DNA of 64,000 nucleotides from Felis catus (lineage: Eukaryota): NCBI RefSeq assembly GCF_018350175.1, contig NC_058368.1, positions 96,784,001 through 96,848,000 on the forward strand, written 5' to 3'. Below the pieces are notes generated by a model. The model saw nothing but the letters and a program-made list of their open reading frames with translations. It searched no databases and had not been told where the DNA came from. Below are positions 63,867 through 64,000 of this stretch, piece by piece. The stretch's first letter is position 1; every line of letters starts with the position of its first letter. Position numbers and translations under genes: made by a program.

Positions 63867-64000
63867 GAGTCAGGAACTGAAAGGTGTGAAAACGATGAGA
63901 GAAACATAAAACATGGTCTCTGTTCCCAAGGACCTTCAATCCTACGAGGAATAAAAGCCCCACTGAGGCAACAGTGAGGGAACAAAAGGGCCATCGTTTG

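Noticed and set aside
1..64000. CRISPR arrays, operons, defence systems, tRNA or rRNA genes
   Set aside because: The sequence is mammalian. There is no regular repeat-spacer array, and the tRNA-like A/B boxes all belong to SINE heads.

Overview
This is AT-rich mammalian, non-coding DNA from a carnivore, most likely a cat or other felid. It carries about 39 tRNA-derived Can-SINEs (SINEC_Fc-like) and felid-type L1 3' ends. I found no recognisable intact protein-coding exon, RNA gene, CpG island or prokaryotic-type system. The long ORFs in the supplied track come from repeats or are chance frames. The window is a layered repeat landscape: MIR and L2, MER3/MER5 DNA transposons, MaLR (MLT1) solo LTRs, old L1M 5' and 3' pieces, carnivore L1 3' ends, Can-SINEs and microsatellites. 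SINE orientation (27 plus, 12 minus) and long A-runs on the + strand suggest a large intron of a minus-strand transcript. Several unverified minus-strand exon candidates fit that idea. Three structures stand out. (1) A ~590-bp sequence resembling an mRNA 3' end (probable retrocopy of an unidentified gene) sits inside an MLT1 LTR, with a SINE at its 5' junction. (2) A 730-bp composite of two SINE heads and a purine-rich tract is bounded by a single 16-bp TSD. (3) A palindrome-rich AT tract has grown from a SINE tail. I cannot support a claim of a novel biological system. Repeat subfamily names and many end coordinates are by-eye estimates.
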